From a virus: a stretch of 64,000 bases of DNA. Made by a program: the position numbers and the translations under genes. The notes beneath the pieces were generated by a model. It ran no database searches. It saw nothing but the letters and a program-made list of their open reading frames with translations, and was not told the DNA's origin. This document shows positions 27,498 to 37,659 of this stretch, in pieces; the first letter of the stretch is position 1, and each line of letters begins with the position of its first letter. The stretch spans positions 1 to 64,000 of the IMG/VR virus record IMGVR_UViG_3300037264_003220, one strand, 5' to 3'.

Positions 27498-28861
27498 GCC
27501 ATTATCACAATAGTGCCTGCATTATCTTTAACTGTTTTAACCTGCCCATCCGCCAAATTAAGCCACCGACGACCAGGAAATAAATCAATCGTAAGCGGGT
27601 CAGTGAAGCGAAGTTCGGTATTGTTTTCGCCAGTAATCGCGCGTAAATCTTTCGGAGTTCTTAAAGCTGAATTATCAGGATTACGAATATTCCCTCCGCC
27701 GCCAGCTGGGTCGAATGGAAGCCAATTTACGGCGAACAGAGGTAAATATTTATTAACAACGACAGTGTTCGCATAATCTGTCGTGATAGCGACATTACCG
27801 CTATTATCCAAATATCCATAATATGTGTTGGTCAATTGTCCAGCGAAAGAAATCGTAATAGGGTTGACGCCGCTCATGATGTTGATAGCTGCTTTTCGAA
27901 TGCCATTCACGTACACAGTTTCAGTGGCGGCGAGATTTTGAATATTAAGAAAATCGTTTCCTGGGTCAACAATAATGATTTGTGGATAAAGACCGCTGGT
28001 CAACAAAGTCGCGTCCGGCATGATGATTTTGTTGTCGTGAGTTTCTTTTTGATAAAGCTCATTCAATGGTTCTAAGCTGGACACGATGCCGAGGTCTGCC
28101 AAGGTAAGACCGTGAGGATTGACTGGGGTGATTGTTCCTGTTCCAATGGAGCGAACATGGTCATCCACGACATGCAATTCTTCAGCGCCATAGGCAGTTA
28201 CGGCGTCAGAGCGGTCAGCTTTCGGCGTTTTCGTTTTAACTGTTTGAAATTTCAGCAGCGCATAAGTTCTGTTCGTATATGAAATATTAACCGATGGAAT
28301 TGGATTCCCGATGCCTTGTCCTTTGACAGACCCGACATAAACGGCGTTCGCGAGAGGAGTGATGATGGGGTCGTTAATTGTGCTGATGATGACTTGATAC
28401 CCGTCAGTTTGCCGAGTGAAGAATTTTTCAGATGTAATCGGATGAATGGAAATTTGAGAAACGTCGATTGTTTGCAAATACTGAATCCAGATATAATTCA
28501 GCGCATTGAGAGTGTAATCCACCAAAGGAACGGCGATATTTCCAGTTGATTGAGGGGTCGGCTTGCCGGAACCAGGGTCTGTTTTAGATGGGTTTGTTGG
28601 GTCATAAAGAACGTTCGCATCAATAACGATTCTTTCTCCGCCAAAATACGCCACGCCAAAACTAATATCAACGCGAGTCTGGTCTAGAATATTCGGAGTC
28701 ATGGTCATTTCGAAGGCGCCGCCCGATTCTGAATGGACGACGCCATTGCCGACATAATCAGACAATCTTTCCTTGATTGCTTGCTGCGTTTGTTGGCTTA
28801 AAGATACGTTAAAATCCTCAACGTATGGTTCTGTCCCGCTGGCGAGTATCAATCCCTTCAT
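27494..28861 (-). CDS. Baseplate/tail structural protein
   Basis: 455 aa in baseplate-fibre cluster; NPHGLTLADL motif. Confidence 0.7.
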   Translation of the reverse strand: MKGLILASGTEPYVEDFNVSLSQQTQQAIKERLSDYVGNGVVHSESGGAFEMTMTPNILDQTRVDISFGVAYFGGERIVIDANVLYDPTNPSKTDPGSGKPTPQSTGNIAVPLVDYTLNALNYIWIQYLQTIDVSQISIHPITSEKFFTRQTDGYQVIISTINDPIITPLANAVYVGSVKGQGIGNPIPSVNISYTNRTYALLKFQTVKTKTPKADRSDAVTAYGAEELHVVDDHVRSIGTGTITPVNPHGLTLADLGIVSSLEPLNELYQKETHDNKIIMPDATLLTSGLYPQIIIVDPGNDFLNIQNLAATETVYVNGIRKAAINIMSGVNPITISFAGQLTNTYYGYLDNSGNVAITTDYANTVVVNKYLPLFAVNWLPFDPAGGGGNIRNPDNSALRTPKDLRAITGENNTELRFTDPLTIDLFPGRRWLNLADGQVKTVKDNAGTIVIMA

Positions 28862-28907
28862 GACAACACCCCTAAAAATTTTTCTTTCATATTTATTTTC
28901 CTTATCA

Positions 28908-30026
28908 TCATGTTGTAAAAACCAGTTCTACCTTAGAGTCTGCCGGAATTAATTGAATTATCAACTGTCTGAGATAATCCTGGTCAATCGCTAATCCGAA
29001 AGTGTTATGCACAGTCAGAATGAAAGCATGAGCTTTTTCAGCTTTACTGTAAATAGTAACGATTGGGGAAAGGGTTGGGTTCAGCGGGTCGCGAATATAA
29101 TAATGCGGTCTATTGGGTTCTGGGTCTGTTTTGGAAAAAATTCTCCACCCAGTTAAATCTTTGATTTGAATGATATCCGGCTCTCGACAAGTAAAGGCTT
29201 TAACGATTTTATTAACAGCGCTGATGGTGCCGGAATATTCATAAGCGTCTTTAAGCTGAATCAACTGCTCTCTATATTCTTGGAGGGTTTGATTGCGCGG
29301 GGAGAAGCTGTAAAGAATGCCAAAATTGTTGTACAGGGATTCGTCGCGAACGGACTCAAGATAGATGTCACGCTTCGCCCTTATAGATTCGAAGGACATC
29401 TCCTCGATTTGACGAGCGTACTCTTTGGCTAAAATATAAACGTAGGTGCTATTAACATCCTTCGTATAGACATTCTCATCAGGATACGTTGCAAAAATTC
29501 TGTTGGTTATATCGGTTTTCAGGCTATCGTCTCTTGTGAGCGTCTGGGTGTCCGTCCAAGGACTTTCCAGAGTTGCACTCAATACACGAACCCTCCAATA
29601 ATATGGAATAGTTTGGTCTTCAGCTCTAATTGGGAATGCCACCTCATAAGAAATGACAAGTTGTCCCTTGCTGTATCCTACTAAACCACGGGCGCCTCCA
29701 GTAAAGCCGCCAATGCCGAATCCGTCATCTCCGAAGCCGCCAATGCCAAATCCTGTAACAGCATCCATCCCATTGAAGCATCTGAGATTTGGGCTTGAGA
29801 AAGTCGGGTCGGTGTCGATGCAAAGTTCAAAGTCATACTGATTGAATGGGGCTGGAGAGCCGCCGACACAAGTGGTGCAACATTGCAATGTCCACAAGAA
29901 CACGTAAGCATTCTCAGATGCGCCCAAATATGAGCGCGGATTTAAAGGAGTCAACACGCTTATTTTTGGAACAAATTGCGTGTTAAAAAGACTCGTGTTG
30001 AATTGTGATGTATTAAACCTTGCCAT
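28908..30026 (-). CDS. Baseplate wedge-type protein
   Basis: FN3-like YYWRVR module; L..NFG...YRE.L....GT...V wedge-like C-terminus; GFG repeats. Confidence 0.65.
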   Translation of the reverse strand: MARFNTSQFNTSLFNTQFVPKISVLTPLNPRSYLGASENAYVFLWTLQCCTTCVGGSPAPFNQYDFELCIDTDPTFSSPNLRCFNGMDAVTGFGIGGFGDDGFGIGGFTGGARGLVGYSKGQLVISYEVAFPIRAEDQTIPYYWRVRVLSATLESPWTDTQTLTRDDSLKTDITNRIFATYPDENVYTKDVNSTYVYILAKEYARQIEEMSFESIRAKRDIYLESVRDESLYNNFGILYSFSPRNQTLQEYREQLIQLKDAYEYSGTISAVNKIVKAFTCREPDIIQIKDLTGWRIFSKTDPEPNRPHYYIRDPLNPTLSPIVTIYSKAEKAHAFILTVHNTFGLAIDQDYLRQLIIQLIPADSKVELVFTT

Positions 30027-30033
30027 TAAATTT

Positions 30034-31233
30034 TTAAACCACCTCGGCTGCCCATGATGCTAAAGTCGACAATCCAATTCCATATTCGCCAACGATTGTT
30101 GGTGTTATTGATAACGTAAAGCCAGTGATAAATGGTGCCGTTGTTCCAACGCTGGTGACATTAGCTATCGTGCCATTCACAACGGTCACGCTCGGTAAGG
30201 ACGCCTTTATCGCTCTATAAACGACAGGAGAATATTGAGCATTGGTCGACCCTGCATAAGCTCTCAATGAAAATTGATTCGATTCATAATATCTCAAACA
30301 CCGTGACCAATCATCGGCGCTCTGGAAGGGCTGATATTCCATTGGCTTAGAGCCATTCACGAGCATGGCAGAATCAAGCCAAAATTGACTCAATGAAGGG
30401 GATATGTCAGCGAACCCAATACCGACTTCAAGAAATGCCGAGCCAACAGGAACCGTATACGTACAAGTCAAACGCTGCCAAGCCGTCCCTCCTGAATGAG
30501 CCACAGAAAAAGAAGTCGCTGGAGTGGCATTAGAGATAAATGCTTTGATTCCTGGGACAGTAGATTTAACCCAGATTGAAAATGAAACCGTTTTCCCTAT
30601 GAAATCTTGATAATTTTCAACAAATTGTCGAATGAAATAAGATGTAGACCCGCCCACGGCAGAGATTTGACTGGAAAGAGACGCGCTGCCGAGATTGATA
30701 TTGGGAGCGGATGTGTCCTTGGTTATGGTAAATGACGGGGCGCCGGAATAACTCACCTTCCACTTATCTGCCGTAAAAGCGTCAGTGATGGGGCTGGCAA
30801 AAGAAGCGCCGCGCTGCCAGATTTCAAACCCAGGGTTGACCAATAAATTATTAAAAGCATTCAATCGAATGCCATTTACAAGGTCATTTTCAATGGCTTC
30901 AACTTCATCTTGAATTGAATTATGATGAAGCGCGACATGGTTGACAGCCACGGAAACACCCGACACATGAGTTGCTGCCGTCGTTCCATCTGCTCCGCGA
31001 GTATACCCAGTCAAATTGTTGCCGGAGATGCCAGTGTAAGTGACAATTTCACCGTCTTCAATAGTGACGACCCCAGCCGTCGGCATCCCTGCGGTACTCA
31101 CAACGGCGATGCCGCTTCCTGCCGTATTATCTCCGCTGGCTCCAAGGCTGCCATTCAAAGTCGTGGCGAAATTGTTTATGGCTCGCGGGATGTTTATATC
31201 TGAAACGACCGCATTAGGATATTGAGCTGTCAT
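30034..31233 (-). CDS. Tail protein with CBM-like domain
   Basis: TRGADGTTAATH module; NLLVNPGFEIWQRG; RCLRYY. Confidence 0.75.
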   Translation of the reverse strand: MTAQYPNAVVSDINIPRAINNFATTLNGSLGASGDNTAGSGIAVVSTAGMPTAGVVTIEDGEIVTYTGISGNNLTGYTRGADGTTAATHVSGVSVAVNHVALHHNSIQDEVEAIENDLVNGIRLNAFNNLLVNPGFEIWQRGASFASPITDAFTADKWKVSYSGAPSFTITKDTSAPNINLGSASLSSQISAVGGSTSYFIRQFVENYQDFIGKTVSFSIWVKSTVPGIKAFISNATPATSFSVAHSGGTAWQRLTCTYTVPVGSAFLEVGIGFADISPSLSQFWLDSAMLVNGSKPMEYQPFQSADDWSRCLRYYESNQFSLRAYAGSTNAQYSPVVYRAIKASLPSVTVVNGTIANVTSVGTTAPFITGFTLSITPTIVGEYGIGLSTLASWAAEVV

Positions 31234-31988
31234 TATTGTACCCTCATTTGTAAATTTACGTTCACTGCTTGAAACGTCCCCACCAACACTTCAATAACAA
31301 TGTCAATCAATCTTGGGTCTTGGCTATTCGTGTTGATGGATAAGTTGTTTAACCCAAGAACAATTTCTTCTGCTGGCAAAATATCTATTTCCTGAGCTTG
31401 AATTTGAATCAAGCTCTGTACCGCATTGACGATAGACTGCTGAAGCTTGAAAAAAATCGTCGGCGTCAACTTTTCTCCAATGGCTGAGTTTAACGTGCTC
31501 CCATAATCAGGATTGAAAACGTTATTCCCGATGACAGTCAATAGCATCTTTAAAATATTCTGCCTCGCTCTGTCTATTCCTGTCAAAGTTGTCAGCTGAC
31601 CAAGCCTGTCAAAATTAACGTCTTTGACGAATTTAAGCCCCAAGCATTTAGGGCAGGTCGTCAAAGGCGTCAAATAATCAACTTCGTAAATCTTGTTCGG
31701 GATGACTGATGTCAACCCCTCAACAAAATTAACTCCTGGAGCAAATAAGAGATTGTTGAACTGCAATCTCTGGCTCCCCTGAAGAACAAAATCAGTTATC
31801 CCGTCCAAGAAAAACACATAGTTCGGATTCTGCTCTGTGTTGTAATGCTCTCGAACCTGAATCTCGTTCGTGTTCATATTGGTCGGGAACCTCAAATCCG
31901 CGTAATAAAACGGACTCATCCCATCCAGCATTATGACTTCATCACGGATGTGGTGGTCGCAAACAGTGTTAATTTGCAAATCAATCAT
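31233..31988 (-). CDS. Baseplate gp25/gpW-like protein
   Basis: Q.ILK.LLT..G...F.PDYGS.L motif; CxxC. Confidence 0.8.
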   Translation of the reverse strand: MIDLQINTVCDHHIRDEVIMLDGMSPFYYADLRFPTNMNTNEIQVREHYNTEQNPNYVFFLDGITDFVLQGSQRLQFNNLLFAPGVNFVEGLTSVIPNKIYEVDYLTPLTTCPKCLGLKFVKDVNFDRLGQLTTLTGIDRARQNILKMLLTVIGNNVFNPDYGSTLNSAIGEKLTPTIFFKLQQSIVNAVQSLIQIQAQEIDILPAEEIVLGLNNLSINTNSQDPRLIDIVIEVLVGTFQAVNVNLQMRVQ

Positions 31989-33433
31989 TAAATCACCGAC
32001 ATCCCAAGTAAACTATTCCCATCAAGCCGCAAATACTCAGTCAAACTCGCCTGGACGAATTGGTTGCTGCCTGACGACCCGCGCCGCGCCAATGTCGCGA
32101 ATGGAACCACAATGGATGCCACCCCAGGAACCTGGCTCCGAATCTGGTACACCAAATCGCTTTGTTCCACTTTCGCTCCCAAACCGCCAGAATTGACAAT
32201 GGTATTTAAGGCGTTGATGACGCTTGTCAGCACGGCGCCCTTGTCATACCCGCCATTGGCGACCGCAGTGAACCCAATGTCTATTATGACCATTGTTGCC
32301 TCTTTAGCTAAAGTGTCTGCTGTTAAAATTTGGTTGTTTGGGTCGTCCAAAATCAACTGCGTGTCTGGGACGTTTTTGTCGTAAATATATGCCACGGTGA
32401 ATAAAGAGGCATTATCTGGCTTCATCCCAGGAATTGTCCATTGAACCGCGTCTAAAGATTTGACGGATTTGGCATAGGGGGAGGTCGTATCGTTCACCAA
32501 GGCATAATCGACTCCTTGTGAAAATGTGAACGGTACTGAGTTCGACAATCCGAGAACTCCAACAATGGACAATACGGGCTTATTATCGAGCACGTAGGTC
32601 AACTGTGAATTGTAAAATGTAGTGACTTGCTGGGCTTGAATCGGGTTCGTGCCCAATAGATAAATGTCAACCTCGTTCCCAAATTGAGTGCGCACCGCCT
32701 CGGCATCATTCGGGCCTACCACGGAAGCATCCTGAACCCCTTGCTGACTGATGACCAAACTTCGATACCCCGCCTTGGTTCCCAAATTACGAGCTTCCGC
32801 TTTGGCTATGACTCTTTGAGCCAAAGCAGTGTTGCTCTCAATATCCAACCCGCCTGAAGTCGCCAGCCTATTTGTGATGGAATTGATACCAGGAACGGGC
32901 TGTTGAAGAACGACAACGTTATTGGAACCGACGTTCCCTGACGCTCCAGCAAACACGGCTATAATGGACGCGGTAACGTCATACGTGCCATAGGTCAAAT
33001 CCTGAACGGCTGTCGACTTCAAAAAGACAGTCTGGCTGGTCACAAATTGAACCACGGAACCATCGGCTTGGCTTCGAGTGCTGACAACGACGCCTCCAGA
33101 GCCATCACTGGCTCCGATTTGAATATCGGCAGTGGGTTTATTGAAAGCCGAAAACGTGACGAATCCAGTGGCGTAAGCAGGCTGTTTACGAGACAAATTG
33201 TAATTGGCAGCCAAAGCGTCCATTTCTTCAGTAGTGAGGTCTGCGGCAAAAGCGACAGACTGAGCTTGTTGCAGCGTGGCGATGCTGGAGTAAGCGCTTG
33301 CAATTTCATTGGCTACGGCTTCAATAACGATATCGCGGAGGACGGTTCCCTCTAAAATATCCGCGTCTGGGCGCTTCAGCTTTATGTATGACTCCATGTC
33401 TGACACTATGTCTGCAAATGATTTGATTGCCAT
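31988..33433 (-). CDS. Baseplate J-like protein
   Basis: EG.V.RDI, LAANYNL.R..A.G.V.F, G..GNV, GG.D.ES...L.QR. Confidence 0.9.
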   Translation of the reverse strand: MAIKSFADIVSDMESYIKLKRPDADILEGTVLRDIVIEAVANEIASAYSSIATLQQAQSVAFAADLTTEEMDALAANYNLSRKQPAYATGFVTFSAFNKPTADIQIGASDGSGGVVVSTRSQADGSVVQFVTSQTVFLKSTAVQDLTYGTYDVTASIIAVFAGASGNVGSNNVVVLQQPVPGINSITNRLATSGGLDIESNTALAQRVIAKAEARNLGTKAGYRSLVISQQGVQDASVVGPNDAEAVRTQFGNEVDIYLLGTNPIQAQQVTTFYNSQLTYVLDNKPVLSIVGVLGLSNSVPFTFSQGVDYALVNDTTSPYAKSVKSLDAVQWTIPGMKPDNASLFTVAYIYDKNVPDTQLILDDPNNQILTADTLAKEATMVIIDIGFTAVANGGYDKGAVLTSVINALNTIVNSGGLGAKVEQSDLVYQIRSQVPGVASIVVPFATLARRGSSGSNQFVQASLTEYLRLDGNSLLGMSVI

Positions 33434-33435
33434 AA

Positions 33436-34686
33436 TTAACCCACCTTTGTAATAACTGAGCCGATTTGCGCAGGCGTCAGCGGTATGACTGGAGGCGCTG
33501 AAATTGCTGAACCAGGCCCATTAACAACTCCAGGAACCACATGAGTATGCGTATTAAATAAGGGCGCCAATATATCAGCCAACACAGCCGGATGAATTGC
33601 CAGCGGCCCACCTAAATTCACCATTGACCCGCTTGCACCAATATTTACATTGGTGCCAGTTAAGGTAATATTTTGACTTTGCACAATAACGTTATTATCT
33701 CGAATGTCGACCATGGTTCCATTTGGAGATTTTACCGTCGTCCCCCCAATTCCATCCATCGTCACTATGCCGCCAGCTGCGTCCGTGGCAACCATCGAAC
33801 CATCAGGCTTTAACACAATCGACACTTCTTTTCCATTTGCCGATACCTTAATAGTGTATAAATCATTTGCGATATGCGTTTCTTTCCCAACTGTAGTTGT
33901 TTGAATATCTTTTGGAACAGTAACGCTCATGCTTCCTTCTGCATCGACTTGAACATTGAATCCGCTTTTATGCGTAGCGTCATAATTTACATCTTGCTGA
34001 TTAAAGGATTGTTTCTTCTCATCTTTTCTACGAATTGTTGCCGTTTCTTCATTGGCCGCGATAAGAAATAAATCATTAAGACGAGCCGTGCCTAAAGTGA
34101 CATCCCATATTTTTTCTTTTTCAGTGGCACTATCAATCGTCAAATTTTGAACATTATTGTCTTCTACATCGTCACGCACCTGACGAATAATAGTCCGCAA
34201 ATTGGCAAATCTGTCCATATAAATCTCTGCGCCTTGAAATGATTTTAAAAATACTTCCCCGCCAGTGAGGTAACGCGTTGGTCTATAAAGAATCTCGCCC
34301 CCAGACACTTCAGACGCAGACGGAGGCAGACGATTCCCTTGAGCATCAATAGAGCCGCGTTCATAATAAGGATTGCCCTGAAGATAACCGACAATGACCG
34401 CATATCCACCAGGTCTAAAGCCAACAACGACAATATCGCCAGTGCGAGGATAAGCGAAGATTCCCCAACCTTGACCAGACGCGGGGAACGTTAAAGGAAT
34501 CTGGTCAACAGTGCCAAGACGAGTATCTACCCATTGAACTTGAGCCGTCCCATATGTTTGACGACGAGACGAACCACCTTGTTGAGGCGCGTTATAATCA
34601 ATTTGCGTCAACACTCCAATGCGCAAATATTCATAAAAGTTAGTTTTTTCTGTTCCTGAATAAGGCGATGAAAAAAGTTCATTCAT
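33436..34686 (-). CDS. Baseplate central spike (gp5/gpV-like OB fold + beta-helix)
   Basis: P..GD.VVVGF OB motif; C-terminal FNTHTH. Confidence 0.8.
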   Translation of the reverse strand: MNELFSSPYSGTEKTNFYEYLRIGVLTQIDYNAPQQGGSSRRQTYGTAQVQWVDTRLGTVDQIPLTFPASGQGWGIFAYPRTGDIVVVGFRPGGYAVIVGYLQGNPYYERGSIDAQGNRLPPSASEVSGGEILYRPTRYLTGGEVFLKSFQGAEIYMDRFANLRTIIRQVRDDVEDNNVQNLTIDSATEKEKIWDVTLGTARLNDLFLIAANEETATIRRKDEKKQSFNQQDVNYDATHKSGFNVQVDAEGSMSVTVPKDIQTTTVGKETHIANDLYTIKVSANGKEVSIVLKPDGSMVATDAAGGIVTMDGIGGTTVKSPNGTMVDIRDNNVIVQSQNITLTGTNVNIGASGSMVNLGGPLAIHPAVLADILAPLFNTHTHVVPGVVNGPGSAISAPPVIPLTPAQIGSVITKVG

Positions 34687-34687
34687 A

Positions 34688-36991
34688 TTAATGAGCCAAT
34701 GTCTGAGTCGTATCAAAATTAGTATTTGTCGGCATACCTGTTATTTTTGTCGCTTTAGTGCTTGCATTTTTATTATCTGCGGCAACTTGACCAGCGATAT
34801 AGGCTTTTTCTATAGCTAAAGCATCTGCGAAATCAATATCGACGCCATATTCCCAAATATACCCACCATAATAAAATGGACTTAAACTTGGAGATAACGC
34901 TTCTTTTGTGAACAATTTTTGTGGGTTATAAATATGAGCAATTTCATCAGGACTATACCCATTTACTTTCATTGTCGACAAAATAGAATTATAAGCAAGG
35001 TTTAATTGCCCAGCAGATAAAACAGTAAAAATTTCATTTTTTAAAATATCTCTATCGAGTTTGCGTTGCATCACATTTCTATTTTCATCGTTTGAGGCGA
35101 CAACAAAAACGCCAGCGCCCGTCACGACACTTCCAGCAATAAGACCAGCCAAATCAAGGACGGGCATTCGTCGATAAGTTAAATTCATTCTGCATGTATA
35201 ACGAGAACCAGGAGCAATTGAATGCTCGATAGAGTCAACATAAAAAAGCATATTGCTTGATTTCAAATAAATGTAATTCCCTACACGATAACGCGAATCT
35301 CCAATTACTTCCAAAGAACCACCAGAGAAAGCTTTGCGATTAATTCTATTTAGCACCGAACTCGCCCAGACATTCAAGCTTGCATTAGTGATTAAGCCGA
35401 TAACTGGCTGAATGTTCAGCATTTTTTCGCCATATTTTTTAATAAGACGATTATCTTTGATGTATCCAAAAATACCTAAAGCATCCAAATTGGTGCCCAG
35501 TCGAATTTTCCAATTTCCTGTCACGACAGCTACATTAGCGATGTCTGTATTATCTTCATAAGTGTTTTCTTGATAAATATCAGTATCGGCTATGGCATTA
35601 ATATTTGCAGGATTAACTAATTGTTGAAGACTAACATTCACAGGACGGAATCGAACCACTCCTTCTTCAGTAGCAAAAAATTCAAAATTAACTATATTGG
35701 CAAACTCTTGAAATAATTTTTGAACCTCTTTCCATTCGGAAATCCACAAATCAAAACCATTTCTAAAAGCTACATCATAGGCTGGCTGAGCCGTACCTTC
35801 AATGACCATAATTGGTTTTTTAACAAAATTAGAAGCTTGAGCAGTTACAAGTGCTTTAGTGTTTTTAAAAATTTGTGTGCCTTGAACTTTCATCCCAGTA
35901 GAGCCAGATGTGTCAATATATTGTGTTATGTTGTTACTTCTGTCGTCTTCGATTTTTTTACGCAAATTAGCTATTTCAGTGTCAATAGCATCACCTCGCT
36001 CAATGCCGACATTGCCTGAATTAATCGCTCCAGCTAAATTTTGAGTTTGAGTTGAGAAAAAATTCTTTTGTTTATAAAGAACGTTGTATTGGTTGATTGA
36101 GGACGAAATAGATGGGATTGAATTAATTGTTGAAAAAGAAAAAGCTCCTACATTGCTAACGACCTTCTCAACAGCTTCGGCGCCGCCGCCATCACCTTGA
36201 ACCCATGGAAAAACAAAAGCGCTTAACGGTATATATTGAGCCTCTGGGTCTCGGTCAATAAGTGCCTTGCGAATTGCCACGCGAGAATATCGCAATCTTT
36301 TAGTCACATCTTCACAATCAAGATTGATTGTGTTTTGATTTGGCGCCTTGTTGCGCGTCACTTTATTAATGAAGCCAGTAAAACATACACGCAAAACATT
36401 ATTTTTATCTGGCAATCGAATTACAATAATATCGTCTGCTTCAAAAATTGTTTTTCCGACGAGAAGTGTATTTTTTTGAAAACAATATTTGTTTAAATCA
36501 TTTTTAATTGTCACGGAAGCAGAGCCAGCAGAACTCACTGACAATCTAGTAGACACATTCAAAACATCCTCAATGCCATCTATAGCTGATGAACGAACCC
36601 TCACCGCCCATGCAGGTCTGCTTAAATCAATAATTCCGAGAGCGACAATATCAATATAAGACGCATTGATGTAAAGCTGAACTGGAGCCGCATCTAAAGC
36701 TGGAGTAAAACCTGGGCCAATCGCCGAAGTACGAATTGGGAATGTTCCTGGTGATGGTCGAGTATCTATAATTGGCTGAAGAATGACATCTTTTCTTTTA
36801 AAAATAAAATCAAGCTTGCCCTTAATAGTCGATATAAATTCAGAGTAATAGCTTTGAAAATTCTTCAATTCCGTATCATAATCTTGCGGCAAAGCTCGAA
36901 GCTGCTTAATAACGAAAACGTCAAATTCTCTATCAAGAGCGATTTGATTTTCAACCAACGCATCTTTGCCGCCTGCTGGATAAATATTCAC
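34688..36991 (-). CDS. Baseplate hub (gp27/gpD-like)
   Basis: F.GFI.KV...CED, EFFA.E.G.V.FRP, G....RVG..I...FYV.SI.H; position after tube initiator. Confidence 0.75.
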   Translation of the reverse strand: MNIYPAGGKDALVENQIALDREFDVFVIKQLRALPQDYDTELKNFQSYYSEFISTIKGKLDFIFKRKDVILQPIIDTRPSPGTFPIRTSAIGPGFTPALDAAPVQLYINASYIDIVALGIIDLSRPAWAVRVRSSAIDGIEDVLNVSTRLSVSSAGSASVTIKNDLNKYCFQKNTLLVGKTIFEADDIIVIRLPDKNNVLRVCFTGFINKVTRNKAPNQNTINLDCEDVTKRLRYSRVAIRKALIDRDPEAQYIPLSAFVFPWVQGDGGGAEAVEKVVSNVGAFSFSTINSIPSISSSINQYNVLYKQKNFFSTQTQNLAGAINSGNVGIERGDAIDTEIANLRKKIEDDRSNNITQYIDTSGSTGMKVQGTQIFKNTKALVTAQASNFVKKPIMVIEGTAQPAYDVAFRNGFDLWISEWKEVQKLFQEFANIVNFEFFATEEGVVRFRPVNVSLQQLVNPANINAIADTDIYQENTYEDNTDIANVAVVTGNWKIRLGTNLDALGIFGYIKDNRLIKKYGEKMLNIQPVIGLITNASLNVWASSVLNRINRKAFSGGSLEVIGDSRYRVGNYIYLKSSNMLFYVDSIEHSIAPGSRYTCRMNLTYRRMPVLDLAGLIAGSVVTGAGVFVVASNDENRNVMQRKLDRDILKNEIFTVLSAGQLNLAYNSILSTMKVNGYSPDEIAHIYNPQKLFTKEALSPSLSPFYYGGYIWEYGVDIDFADALAIEKAYIAGQVAADNKNASTKATKITGMPTNTNFDTTQTLAH

Positions 36992-37659
36992 GCCGCACCT
37001 GCCGAAAGAAATCCTGGAGCGCTCGTGATAGCTTGAATTGGGCCTGCCATGGCAAGCTTGGCGCTGTCAGGAAAATTCACCAAAAGCTGACGACAAATAT
37101 AATCTGTCGATGAAAATGTCACTACAAATTCAAAGCTGTAATCGTAGACACGAGGTCTATCAATCTGTTCAGACCAAGAAAATGACGTAAAAAATCCAAG
37201 ATAAAGCGTATAGCGGTAAACGATAAATGACTGAGCCAAATCTTTTAAACTCTTTTGTTTCTGACCAGTCACTTGGTCTTGAATTGATTTTTCTCCAGAA
37301 TTTAAGTTCGTAACAGATGAGCCAGCCGGAAGCGTGTTTGGACTGAACATCTTCATAAAACTCACCATACGTTCTTTGTCAATTTTAAACAACTGTTGAA
37401 GCTTCAAAATTTGATAATCCACCATGGCAAAATCAGTAGCTGTTCCGACTTTCCTGGTTGTCCAACCAACGCAAGAGATAACATCAGGTCGATTGCCCCA
37501 ATGCTCATACACGAAAGAGCCAAGAGTTTGCGCTTCAGAAAATGATTTACGAGACGTAATTCTAAAATTTTGAGGATTTGGCTTGGTGATAATCAAAAAA
37601 GGAACAGTCGAGTTCCCAATAATCATCTGCGAAACTAAATCACGAGCACTAAAAGCCAT
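36988..37659 (-). CDS. Tail tube initiator-like protein
   Basis: NPQ...T.G.V.EHWG, Y.GFF.SF...E...Y.FEF; follows tape measure. Confidence 0.7.
   Translation of the reverse strand: MAFSARDLVSQMIIGNSTVPFLIITKPNPQNFRITSRKSFSEAQTLGSFVYEHWGNRPDVISCVGWTTRKVGTATDFAMVDYQILKLQQLFKIDKERMVSFMKMFSPNTLPAGSSVTNLNSGEKSIQDQVTGQKQKSLKDLAQSFIVYRYTLYLGFFTSFSWSEQIDRPRVYDYSFEFVVTFSSTDYICRQLLVNFPDSAKLAMAGPIQAITSAPGFLSAGAA

Noticed and set aside
18910-31233. Diversity-generating retroelement acting on the repeated RCQRY C-terminal domains
   Set aside because: No reverse transcriptase and no template/variable repeat pair with adenine-specific mismatches seen; the paralogues are diverged throughout
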